Source of the DNA: Felis catus
Taxonomy: Eukaryota
Assembly (NCBI RefSeq): GCF_018350175.1
Contig: NC_058368.1
Location: forward strand, 148,926,001-148,990,000
Length of the DNA: 64,000 bases
Reading direction: 5' to 3'
A program made the position numbers and the translations under genes. A model generated the notes under the pieces. The model ran no database searches. It was not told the origin of the DNA and saw only the letters and a program-made list of their open reading frames with translations. Positions 1 through 11,915 of this stretch are shown here, piece by piece (within the stretch, counting starts at the first letter, position 1; each line of letters begins with the position of its first letter).

Positions 1-1255
1 GCACTTTAAGGGTATCTCCTATGTGCACCCTACCATTGTGGCTAAGCCATGTTTGCTTTCAGTCCAGTCATCTGAAATGGCTCTCTTTATTTGTTGTGGG
101 CAGGGTTTGTTCCCTGTGTTGTTAGTGGGCCACTCTGGAGCCACACTGGGCTTGAGTTGTCAGACCAGACATTTGCTAGAGCTCTAATCGCACTGAGCTG
201 CAGGACACTTCCTTGTTTTGATTTCTGAGAAGCTTTCATTGGTGGTCAAAGTCTATAGTCCGACCAACTATCTGCCCCCAGCCCACTTCTGGGACCAATG
301 TTGAACTGGTAACTGTGGTTTTCTTTCCTTCTTCCCAGGGCCGGAGTCATTTTGAGGTGATGCTATCCCCTGTCAGGGCTGCTTGCACACTACCACACTT
401 GTGGTGCTGCTTTGAATGGACCCCTACCAAGAGCATGTTGGCAAGGCAGGTATACGGGAGGTCACAGGGGCAAGGTGCATGGTTCCAGAAGATCTACACT
501 GGTCCATTCTGAGAAGGGACTTTCAGCAGCTTTGGAAAACTGTTGAGGCCAAGAAAGGGTGGGGACGGGGACAGGTCTGAGACAGAACCCTGGGGTGGGA
601 TGCACAGTGTTAGCAAGGTAGGGGGGAGACTGTTTGCACTGCACTGGTTCCTGCAGCTGAACATGTATCTAGGCTTGGGTAGAGGGGAGGGAAATGGCCA
701 CTGCCAGCTCTTTTATTCTTGGAGAAGTCTCCCGAAGATCCCTGCCCCTCCAGCACATACTCTGAGATTAGTAAACATACTCCAAGCATTTTTCAAACTG
801 CTGCTTCTATGCTGTATCTCAGCAGGGCTGTTGATTGTACTGTGTCTTTAAGGGCAGGGACTCAGTTTCCAACGGGTTTCTCAGAGCTGAGCCTGCCAAT
901 TTTTTAAAACTTCCAGATGTTAAGCCCCACTGATTATAAAAAATCATGAAGTTCAGTCCCTTTGATTTTCAAAGCCAGATGTTATGTGGATTTGTCTTCC
1001 CAGTTTGGGTGCCCCACATGGGGTCTCTTCGTCTTCCTTCTCTGTGCCTGCCAGGGGTCAGTTTGGCTCTCCACTGTGTCTCCACCCTTACTACCTTCTT
1101 TGATGTGGCCCTTTCTCCACCTATAACTGTGGAGAGTCTTTTCTGCCAGTCTTCAGGTTATTTTCCAGGTTATTTGTACTGATGTGGATGTTTTCTGGGA
1201 GTATCTGTGGGACAAGGTGAGCCTAGCATTCTCCTACTCTGCCAACTTCCCTGGA
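1..1255 (-). mobile_element. Old L1 5'UTR fragment, running off the left edge of the window
   Basis: Ends in ctcctactctgccaacttcc, a decayed reverse complement of the L1 start motif (aagatggcggagtaggag). It resembles the L1 5' end at about 51100-51435. Confidence 0.65.
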
Positions 1256-1344
1256 AAATGCTTTTCCCACGATAAACTTTCTTTAAAGCTGTATTTCTGA
1301 CTTTCATGTATTTTTGATATTTTAATCATAAAGTACTAGAAAAA

Positions 1345-2072
1345 CCCCAACATCACTCATCAGCAAGAAAATACAAACCAAAACCACAATGAGATACCAC
1401 CTCACACCTGTCAGAATGGCTAACATGAACAACTCAGGAAACAACAAATGTTGGCGAGGATGTGGAGAAAGGGGAACACGTTGGTAGTATTGGTGGGAAT
1501 ATAAACTGGTATAGCCACTCTGGAAAACAGAATGGAGATTCCTCAAAAAGTTAAAAATAGAACCACCCTACGATCCAGCAATTGCACTACTAGGTATTTA
1601 TACAAAGGATACAAAAATGCTGATTCAAAGGGGGCACATGCACCCCAATATTTATCAGCCATCAAAAAGAATAAAACCTTGCCGTTTGCAACAATGTGGA
1701 TGGAACTAGATTGTATTATGCTAAGCAAAATAAGTCAGTCAGAGAAAGACAAATATGTGATTTCACTCATGTGGAATTTAAGAAACAAAACAGGTGAACA
1801 TAGGGGAAAGGGAAGGAAAACTAAAACAAGATAAAAAACAGAGAGGGAAGAAAGCCATAAAAGACTCTTAAATACAGCGAACAAACTGAGGGTTACTGGA
1901 GGGAAGGTGGGTGGGGGTAGGGGCTAAATGGCGATGGGCATTAGGGAGGACACTTGTGATGAGCACTGGGTGTTATATGTAAGTGGTGAATCACTAAATT
2001 CTATTTCTGAAACCAATACTACACTATATGTTAACTAAATTGAATTTAAATATAGATAAGTAAATAAATAAA
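1345..2072 (+). mobile_element. Carnivore L1 3' fragment (end of ORF2 plus 3'UTR) with an internal deletion
   Basis: aacatcactcatcagcaagaaaatacaaacc...tgttggcgaggatgtggagaaa; G-rich 3'UTR; (TAAA)n tail. A segment present in the other copies is missing near 1655. Confidence 0.9.
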
Positions 2073-3673
2073 TGTACTATAAACTCTTTCACAGTTGCCC
2101 GTCTTTAGGAAGATTAGACTTTATCATCTTTAGAACCCTTGATCCTTATTAGACCTCATCTCATCTGCACTGTTTTAAAGTTTTCTTAAGTGGCTTCTTC
2201 TTTGGGTATGTGATGTAGTCCCGAATTAGGCTAATGCATTGGTCACTTTGCCGAGATTCCTGTATTCTGTATTAGGGTCCTCATTACGACTCTACATTAG
2301 GCACTAGATTAAAAACTTCAACAGGGACACAGTACAATAGAAAAAGAACTTTGTAAAACTGTTTATTTATGAATGTAAAATTGAGTGGATTTAAAAGATT
2401 TACAAAAGTTAGAAAATCAAGTGTTTTATAAAATATTGTTTCTATGTATCATTGTTCAACACTTAGCTTGTCACAAGGAGTCCACTGGTAATTTTAGAAT
2501 GTTTTAAATATTTGCTACTTATACTATTTTTATTCAGATTTTAGTTTTTGTTAGTATGTATTTCTTCTTGTGTCATATTTTAACAATCATCAATAAGCAT
2601 TCGTCTGATAGACATGGTAATGATAGAGAATAGAATGCATTACTCAGCAAGAAAAAGCCTGGATAATATTAGTGAAATAACACCAGATCGTTGTAAACGA
2701 CTTTCTTTGTATAATGTTTATGTACTAGAATATTTGAGGAACAGATTTGATTTTTAAAACACAGAGACCTATAGTGACACACATATACAATTCCACAATT
2801 CCTTGTTGAGGTTAGGATCTGAAGCGAAGTGATATGTTATTCGTTTGCCAGGAAGCACCACTGTTTCCACTTCCCTGCCCTTATCACCTTCTGTGATCCA
2901 CGACTCAGCACTTCTCTCAGAACACCTAATAATGTATACACTGGAGACTCTTGAATTATTTTTTGGAATCCTGGCTTGGCTGGAATAAAGAGGCGGTTCT
3001 AGTACCTTGATTATGCAGTACATTTCAGAGTTAGTTACTACATCATTCCAACTTCACAGTGGCTTTTCTAAATTCTGTAAATGGAACTAGGAATTTAAGG
3101 TGTAAACAAGGGGGCTCCCTGGTCAGGCAAACCACTGGAAGCCTGTGAAACCAGACAGGATAGACTGCAGCAGGAGCCAAGATGAAGCTTAAGAAAACAA
3201 AAGAATAGGTTGAAAATGATACATTATTTAAATAAGCATTTAAATCAGGTATTACAGTCCCTCTGAGGACATGGAAAAAGAAAATAATGACATGCTGACA
3301 TGTTAAAGTATGTTGTCTGCAGTCAACACTGCAGACCTAGTATAAATAGTCAAAACTTTCTTGAACTCCACAATATATTTCTTTGAAGATACTCTGTCTT
3401 TTTAGAAACCCACTGGATTTATTCCACTTAAGGTAAAGAATATTTCAACTGTTTTGCTCTCCGAGCATGTCTTTCCTCTTAGTGTTTCCACGCAGCTCAG
3501 TTTCTGAAATGCTCTAAGGATACATGCATCTTTTGCTTCCTCGGTACATATATAAATACATATATAAATCTCATTTTCAAATTTACCAAAGTGTTGAAGC
3601 TGATTTGCTATGCTGTTTTTTAATCCTAAGTAAATTTGCTACAAAATATACTAAATATGATTTTTCTTAATGA

Positions 3674-4178
3674 TGTCATAGAGAAGGTAAAATTATGCCT
3701 TTATCTTCTTAGAGTTTTTTTTTACCTGTGCCTGAGAGTTAAACTAACATTTGACAGATGAATAGGAGAAAAACATACAAATGTATATTTTTTTGTGACA
3801 CAAGCACCCTTATAAGGAAATGAAGGCTCAAAAAAGTGACGAAGTCTACATACTTTCATATTAGGTTAAACAAAGAGAGGAGACTGTGAGAAACTAAATA
3901 AAATATGTACAAAGGCTAAAGGAAGATAAGAATTATTTTAACAATGTCTATTTGTACAAAATTCTAATTCTCTCAGCTTTAACTCCCAATGGAAGAATAT
4001 TCCTTTTCTCTGGTACAGGGAGTGCATCTTATGCATGGGAGTTTTTATCTCCTGTTTTCAGGAAGAAAAGGGGAGATTAGAATGCCCTTCTTGCATCTAT
4101 TGTTTGTTAAGTGCCTTTAGCTCAAAAATCCTTATGCCAAAGAGACATTTGGGGATGGCATATTTTTCCACCCTTCCA
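3674..4178 (-). mobile_element. ERV1-class solo LTR, MER34/MER39-like
   Basis: The minus strand begins (t)gaagggtggaaaaatatgccatccccaaatgtctctttggcataaggatttttgagctaaaggc, which matches the MER34/39 5' motif as I recall it. Confidence 0.7.
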
Positions 4179-5278
4179 AGTGTACAGTGTAGTAAACTTG
4201 GGTTGCATTTTTGTAGCAATTGAATATGATAATCTGGGACCAGCTCATTCTCTTAGTCTTTGAAATAGTTGGATAAAATAGAGAAGACCTCAACACATAC
4301 GTATATTTATACCACTGCAATAAAATCAAAGAATTATGTTACCACAGCATTTTCCCTCTGGCACATAATGAAAACTTGTAACTATTTTTCCAAACAAACC
4401 TTTCTACACATCATTTACTTTCTCAGATGCAAAGTTGACATCAGTATTAAACATCTGTACAGCAGAGCAATATGTTCTGAATTACTTACAGAACTGTTAG
4501 AAGCTTGAATCTTTCCCCTCATCATTTCTAGTAGCTGTCGACACAGTAACCAGCTATCATGTGCAAGCAGACAACATAGTTGCAATTAATGAGTTGGATC
4601 CTTCCAGCAACTGCTTCAGACACTGTATCTCATTCTTAAGAGATTCTCTATAAAATAGTACAGTACGTTCTTGAAGCTAAGAAACATTTGAAAATTCTTT
4701 ACTGAGGATTAGGAAATCATTTTTTTAAAAAAACAAAAGTCTCTATTTTGAGTTATTTTATAGAGAAAACTCCCAGACTGCCTTGCTGGTATTTTTTTTT
4801 TTAATGATTAAAAACACAAAGATAGTACATTCTGATAAACTATATATTTCTTTGAAGATAGTCTGTCTTTTTAGAAACTAGCTCAAAAGGTGAGAAGTCC
4901 CTTCCTGCAAATGATGTTTTATTGTATTTCATAATACTGATTTATTGGTAAAATAGCCGGTACCCTCAACTAGCTTTTATTGGCATGAGAAATAATTGTC
5001 TCAGATATGCAATCTGTGAACACAAATGCCCAGAACAGAATGTTAAGGGTTCAAGGTTTAATAAAAACCACATAGTGAAACACATACAAAAGACTATAGT
5101 AACAACGGAAAACCCTGGTTTTAAAATAACGAATAATATTCATGGGCTGTCATTGGAAAGAGGTGGGGAGATTAAGTTTTGTGCATCAAAGATAGCCTGC
5201 ATGTTTTAGGAATGTATATTTTGTGAGACAGTATATTCTCTAATTTCTCTAAGTATATTTTAGAGAGTATGATTTCTC

Positions 5279-5491
5279 AGGCATCTGGGTGGCTCAGTCG
5301 GGTTAAGTGCCTGACTTCAGCTCAGGCCATGGAGTCCATGAGTTTGAGCCCCGCATCAGGCTCTGTGCTGACAGCTCAGAGGCTGGAGCCTGCTTTGGAT
5401 TCTGGCTCCCCCTCTCTGCCCCTCTACTGCTTATGCTCTGTCACTCTCTCAGATGTAAAATAAACATTAAAAATTTTTTTAAAAAATTTTA
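5279..5491 (+). mobile_element. CanSINE (SINEC_Fc-like)
   Basis: tRNA-like head (ctgggtggctcagtcgg, gagtttgagccc), CT-rich segment, A/T tail, TSD agagtatgatttctc. Confidence 0.95.
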
Positions 5492-5509
5492 AAGAGTATG
5501 ATTTCTCTT

Positions 5510-5720
5510 GGGGACGCCTGGGTGACTCACTAGGTTGAGTGTCCAACTTCGGCTCCGGTCATGATCTCGCAGTCTGTGAGTTTGAGCCCCGCGTCAGGCT
5601 CTGTGCTGACAGCTGGGAACCTGGAACCTGCTTCTGATTCTGTCTCCCTCTCTCTCTGCCCCTCCCCCGGTCATGCTCTGTCAAAAACTAAATAAACATT
5701 TTAAAAAAATTTAAAAAATA
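5510..5720 (+). mobile_element. CanSINE (SINEC_Fc-like)
   Basis: ggggacgcctgggtg head, A tail, TSD aagagtatgatttctct at 5492-5508 and 5721-5737. Confidence 0.95.
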
Positions 5721-6148
5721 AAGAGTATGATTTCTCTAAATATACTTTAATTCTTCAGGAATTAAGAAGTTGTAAAATTCTTACAAACATTAGTAATGTG
5801 ATTAGGAAGGGTCTATATTCGAAGACTGAATTAAATCATGCCACATTTTGCCTTATACATGAAAAGGAAAACTCAAGTGTTAATCAGTCAGCTAAAAAGA
5901 GAAAGTCAAGCCAAAGTTCCTATTTCCTTACATCATATAATTTTTGATGTAAATAATCTAGATGGTTACATAATGTTATGACACTTTATTCCCTTAACAT
6001 ATGTAAGAATATTTATAATGATAAATCCATGTCCTGGTCTCTTTTGATATGGCCCTAGTGGCATAGTGGTCAGTGGAATAATAATTCTCTATACTTTTCT
6101 GTTTATATTTCCGGTAAGCCACAGGAGTTGAAATATTTAATGCACTGG

Positions 6149-6520
6149 TGCAGTGGTTAATGCACACTAACCAATGGTTAACTAATATTAACCAATAGTT
6201 AATATTATGTGTCAACTTGACTGGATAACAGAGTGTCCAGATATTTGGCTAAACATTGTTTGTGAGTGTTTCTGTGAGGGCGTTTCCAGATGAGATTAGC
6301 ATTTGAATCAGTAGACTGAGTAGAAGAGACTGCTTTCCCCAGTGTGGTTGAGCATTACCCAATCAGTTGAGGGTCTGACTAGAACAAAAAAGCACAGGAA
6401 GGGAAAATGTCTTTCTGCCTGACAACTTGAGAAGGATCTATTTTCCACTGCCCTCACACTAGGACTTACACCATTAGGTCTCCTGATTCTTAAGCCTTTG
6501 GTCTTGGACTTGAAAGGCAG
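6149..6520 (+). mobile_element. MLT2 (ERVL) LTR, 3'-truncated
   Basis: Diagnostic ...ttatgtgtcaacttgactgg...tttctgtgagggcgtttccagatgagattagcatttgaatcagtagactgag. Confidence 0.85.
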
Positions 6521-6699
6521 TTCAAGATTTACAGTACAGACTTGTTGAGCAATCCAACTGTCATTTGGCCAGGAAATATCAAATTCTGGGTATTCAGAGC
6601 ATAATGGAGAACACGGTTTTTTTCTTTTATTTTTTATGGGCAGGGTGCAGCCAAAAGAAAGATTTTCTAAGTGAACTAACAACAAAAATAGTGAAATCA

Positions 6700-7260
6700 A
6701 TCACACACACAAAAAAATCATTTTTCTATTTGATCAAATAAAAAAATGTTTCTGTATATAACAACCCAACAATAAGGTAATTACAAAAGGTAAATTTAGA
6801 AAGCTGTTGAATATAACAAAATACAAATGCTTTAACATTTGAAATAGGAAGAGATAATTTCACAAAAGCAATGCAAATGAAAATGAGTTCAACCTAACTA
6901 ATAAGCAAAGAGTTGCAAATTATAATAGCATTGAGAGCTAATTTTATACCTATCCAATTCTAAGTACTGAAAAATAACATCTTTCAATACAGAAAGATTA
7001 TCACCTGTGCTACTGGTGACAGTGTAAATTACAATTTTTAAAGAAAGGCGATTAGCTATTATAAATCAGAAGCCTTGAAATATTAAAATAACTTGTCTCT
7101 ATATTTTCACTTTTAGGAATATTTAAAAAAAACTCAGGCATATGAATAAAGATTTGTATAAATGAGTGCTTGTCACATCTTAGAAAAAATGCAGAAACAT
7201 TATAAATGCCTAGTAAGAATAATGGTAGGGTGAGGTTATTTAATATAAGTGTTTAAAATC
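6700..7260 (+). mobile_element. Ancient L1M 3' fragment
   Basis: Degenerate ORF2-end motifs (ttcaacctaactaataagcaaagagttgcaaatt; ctactggtgacagtgtaaatt). Confidence 0.5.
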
Positions 7261-8685
7261 AGTTAATCCATCAGAAATCAATAAATGGTGATATTTAGTC
7301 ATCTGTCTGCATTACACATTTTTTTGCACATTAAAAATTTAAAACAAATGTTTGCCTCCATCTGTATGAGTAAACATATATTCATGCTATTATTATTTTG
7401 CTATAAATGAAAAATATTTTTTATATTTTCTCTCATGGGTTTCTTAGTATTTATTCTACAAAGAATAATCTGAAATAAAGACATTAAAGAAAGTTAAAAT
7501 ATAACATTTCAGGAATAATCAAAAAGGACACAAATTTAGCATGCTCTGATAAATTTGGCCTGCCATTGAGGCTTTTCCTCAACGTCACACATTCTGCCAA
7601 ATCAAGAGAGGACATTTGCCCCCAATGGTGATCATCTGTTTTGTAGATCAAGCTATATTTGGCCAGAAAATTGGATCTTGGCTTATGTGTTTATAAATGC
7701 ATGCACCTTTCTCATTTTTCTGAAAATGCATATGAGAAAAATGCTAAGCAAATGATAATACATCTATCACATCCAAGCCAAATTGATCCTATTGCTCGCA
7801 TTGGTAAATTACAACTCTGCTTATCGTTCTTTTGTGAAGTTGTCTTTTTTGTTTTTTAAGTAAAAACGTTGCTGGAAATGAACTGCACTTTGGATTATAA
7901 AATTTAACATAATTTAGTAAATCAAAAACATATTACTGACTGGCAAATTCTAAAGAAAGATGTTTTAGTTCAAATTGAACATTATTAGAGTTATATTGAC
8001 AATGGAATTATCAGTAAGAACCAAATGGATTTGCTATTTGACATGTATTTTTTTGGTTACAGATACCAGTATAATATGATATTTTGCCATAAAATAAACC
8101 TTGGCTGACTTAATGCTATTAAGTATATTATATTTGGACACATGTTCATCCAACATTTTAACAAAATAAATAACAAACATCCATTGGACACAGTGGAAGG
8201 TTTTCAACTTCTGGGTATTCGATCAATTCCTTATAACCTAAACTACAACTGTTTTGATGAAAAACCTCAACTTACTTGGGTATAGATATGAAACAGCAGC
8301 AGTTACGGGTCAAACTCCACTGTTTCCCTAGATATCCACTGCTTCTATGGGAAATTCACAACCTGGGCATACCAGAGTAAAAAGGTGGGGGGAAAATAAA
8401 GGCTGTTTTCTGGCCAGTCATCTCACCTGTCTATGATCACCAGTCTCTGACTTAGTGGTCCATGGGGCTGCAATTCAGGCATTGCCATACTTCAGAAAAG
8501 CTATTCTTTTGGGATTTCCATTTTCACTTTGGGAAGGGAAACTAGCTCATTGCTGTTTCCTCCTCAAATGGGAGGTGGGATAAAAACTGAAAAGAAAGAA
8601 AAGAACAGGAAAAAGAAAAGGCAATCTTTGCATGAATACTGCATTGCATTCCTACAAAGTCAGCCTTCTCCTTTCACTTACCACT

Positions 8686-8902
8686 TTTTGTTTTTTTATT
8701 TTTTTTTAACATTTATTCATTTTTGAGAGACAGCGCATGAGTGTGGGAGGAACAGAGAGAGAGGGAGATACAGAAAATGAAGCAGACTCCAGGCTCTAAA
8801 CTGTCAGCACAAAGCCCGGTGCGGGACTTAAGCTCACAAGCTGTGAGATCATGATGTGAATTGAAGTCAGACATTTAACTGACTGAGCCACCCAGGTGCC
8901 CC
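8686..8902 (-). mobile_element. CanSINE
   Basis: T-rich tail, (GA)n, ends gactgagccacccaggtgcccc. Confidence 0.95.
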
Positions 8903-9585
8903 TCACCCAGCACTTTACTACTACTTTACCTTAGGTGATGAGAAAGAAAATAATCCCCCCCTCATTTTCATAATACTATGCTTTCCTTGTATGTCCGTAT
9001 TCTGGTATCTGAGGATGAATGGTAGTTTATACAGCGCTACTTTCACCTAAGTGGATGCTCATATCCAGACATGAATATAGTATTTGATCAGAAATGAACA
9101 TGGATACTGACTTTGCCTCAGAGTATCTGCCTCTGGACACCAGTGTCTCCCCCCCTGCCTGCAGGTCACGTTTGATAACCACCTGGCAACCTCTCCATCC
9201 CTATGGAACCCATCATTTTGGAAAATGGATAAACAGCTTTTCTCACCTTCAAGAGGATGTAACAAATTTTGAGTCATTCTCTCTTTCTACTAAGAATTTG
9301 GCCAACTTCCCTAAATAACCTTCCACAACTATGCTACTCCCAGATACTACTATGAAATCCATGTGATCTGAAATTAATCAGAATTGATGGAGATACTTAG
9401 ATTTAATGAGCCCTTTAAGAGCCAAGGGATAGGACTAATAAGAGACAAATCTGGATGGCCCTGGAGAATGTGCGGTATTAGGGGTGGGCTTTGTTCTGCT
9501 GTGGTGTGCTTTTGGTGTTACACCCAGGCTACTGGCTCTGGTAGTCCCTTCCTCACTGGAACTTTGGCCGTGGTGCACACAGAGC

Positions 9586-9647
9586 ACCTCTCTGCCCCTG
9601 CCCTGCTCACACACATGCTCTCTCTCTCAAAAATAAGTAAACACTCA

Positions 9648-9726
<79 letters not shown>

Positions 9727-9750
9727 AGAAAGAGAGAGAGAGAGAGAGAG
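9586..9750. repeat. SINE 3' fragment followed by a compound (CA)n(TA)n(GA)n microsatellite
   Basis: cctctctgcccctgccc...ctcaaaaataagtaaac, then CA, TA and GA runs at 9649-9750. Confidence 0.9.
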
Positions 9751-9799
9751 AAAGCAGGGAAATAGATACAGAAGCAAGAAAAGTTTAAATTAGACATGG

Positions 9800-10720
9800 T
9801 GATCCAAAGTAAGTGAGGGATATTGGAGAAAGAGCATTATAGAATAAGAAATAGGAAGTGGAAAGAAGTATGGCTAAAATAAGTAAACAACTAATGGAGA
9901 TGAAGTGGGGAGATGAGGAGGAATACAGACTGGTAGTTAAGACTTTGGCTTACTTTACTTAAGGTAAGCAGGAACTTCAACTTTTGAATGAATGAAATGG
10001 AAAGCCATTATGGATTGTTAGAAGAGGAGTCACATGGATGCTTTATTAGAATCACTATGGCTTCAAGGTTGAGAATGGCCAAGACTGTTGGGGGGAGGAA
10101 GAGCAGAGGGTGGGGGTATAGTCAGGAAAACTAGTATTAAAGCTATTGCAATGAAAGGTTAGAAAATATGCACCAGGATGATGGAGGTGGAGAAAAATAG
10201 TCAAATACTGGGTATATTTTGAAGGTAGAGCTAATATAATTTGCTGATGGACTGGTATAAAGGCTCAATTCAAGGTTTTCCACCCAGGCAACTGACCAAA
10301 TGGAGTCGCCATTGAGAGAGAGGTTGGAGGAGGAGTTGGTGGGTGTGTACCTATCAAGTTAGTGTACCTATCAAGAGGTAATTTAGGGGCACCTGGGTGG
10401 CTCAGTCGGTTAAGGGTCCATCTCTCGAACCCACAGTTACACAGTGAGAGTTACAAATCTCGAACTCTGTTAGTACAGAGCCTGCCTGAGATTCTGTCTC
10501 TTCCTTTCTCTGCCCCTCCCCTACTCACTCTGTCTCTTTCTCTCTCAAAATAAATAAATAAACTTTAAAAAAGGAGGAGGTCATTTTAGGACATGTTAGC
10601 ATTGTATATGCTTTATGGGAGGTGGTCAAGGAGATCAGGTTACAGAGTGAAGATGTCACTGGTCCAGCAAAGACATGGCTATAGTATGAGCTTTCCCCCA
10701 GTAAATGGATAAAGATAGCA
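9800..10720 (-). mobile_element. L2 relic interrupted by a SINE
   Basis: Typical antisense L2 motifs: gactttggct, atggaaagccatt, tatattttgaaggtagag, tttgctgatggactgg, caaggtttt. Confidence 0.7.
10386..10571 (+). mobile_element. CanSINE with a rearranged B-box region
   Basis: ggggcacctgggtggctcagtcggttaag head and normal CT segment and tail. Positions 10424-10465 do not match the other SINEs in the window. Confidence 0.9.
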
Positions 10721-11063
10721 CCAATAAATGCCATCTTTGAGATAATTTTTCTGAGACTCTCACATGGCTACACTTATTAATGGAAGCAATTGATGCTCAA
10801 TTCAAATTTTAATTGGATTAATATTACACCAAGTAATGAGGAAAGGAACATTACATTTTCTAAATGTTGAAGATATACATTATTTATGCAATATTATATA
10901 ACAGGAGTTACTGTTCTGCATTTTGTCACCATGCAGTGTGAACATAATACAGTCTAGCTATTTCAAAGTTATAAAAAAGGATGCATGCAGACTTATTACA
11001 CTGAAATGTGTCAATAAATAGAAATTAAACTAGTAACATCTCCATACAAATGGAAGAAAATGG

Positions 11064-11915
11064 TTTTTTGGCTTTTTTTTTCCATTTTTTAAAAATCTAA
11101 ATTCAATTTAGTTAATATACAGTGTAGTATTGCTTTCAAGAGTAGAACCCAGTGATGCATCACTTAGATAAAACACACAAGTGCCCTCCTAAATGCCCAT
11201 CACCCATTTAGCCCTTCCCTCCCACCTCCCCTCCAGACACCCTCAGGTTTTTTTTCTTGTATTTAAGAGTCTCTTATGGTTTGCCTCCCTCTGTGTTTTT
11301 ATCTTATTTCCTTCCTTTCCCCAATGTTCATCTGTTTTGTTTCTTAAATTCCACATATGAGTGAAATCATATATTTGTATTTCTCTGACTTCTTTTGCTT
11401 AGCATAATACCCTCTAGTTCCATCTACATTGTTGCAAATGGCAAGATTTCATTCTTTTTGACTGCTGAACAGTATTCCACGTATATTTATACAAACTCTT
11501 CTTTATCCATTCATCAGTGGATGGACATTTGGGCTCTTTCCATAATTTGCCTATTGTTGGTACCACTTCTATAAACATTAGGGTGCATGTGCCCCTTCGA
11601 ATCAGCATTTTTGTATCCCTTGGATACATACCTAGTAGTGCAATTGCTGGGCCCTAGGGTAGTTCTATTTTTAACTTTTTGAGGAACCTCCACACTGTTT
11701 TCCAGAGTGGCCGCACCAGTTTGCATTCCCGCCAACACCACAAAAGAGTTCGCCTTTTTTCATATTCTCGCCAACATCCGGACGTTTCCTGAGTTGCTAA
11801 TTTTAGCCATTCTTACAGGTGTGAGGTGATACCTCGCTGTGATTTTTATTTGTATTTCCCTGATGATGAGTGATGTTGAGCATATTTTCATGTGTCTGTT
11901 AGCCATCTGAATATC
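11064..11915 (-). mobile_element. Carnivore L1 3' fragment, 5'-truncated
   Basis: T-rich tail, 3'UTR, ORF2 C-terminal peptides in the ORF track ([36 protein letters not shown]). Confidence 0.92.

Noticed and set aside
2769..3023. 84-aa minus-strand ORF in unique sequence with a few CpGs
   Set aside because: No recognisable protein similarity, no convincing splice-site pair and no partner exons. The length is within chance expectation.
3315..3336. 9-bp hairpin gtctgcagt-caac-actgcagac, and short tandem duplications at about 21172, 38068 and 39397
   Set aside because: Short enough to be chance or routine slippage events in 64 kb.
9094..9788. ORFs of 74 and 134 aa
   Set aside because: No recognisable domain. 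The longer one runs through a SINE fragment and microsatellites (HTHT/YIYI/RERE).
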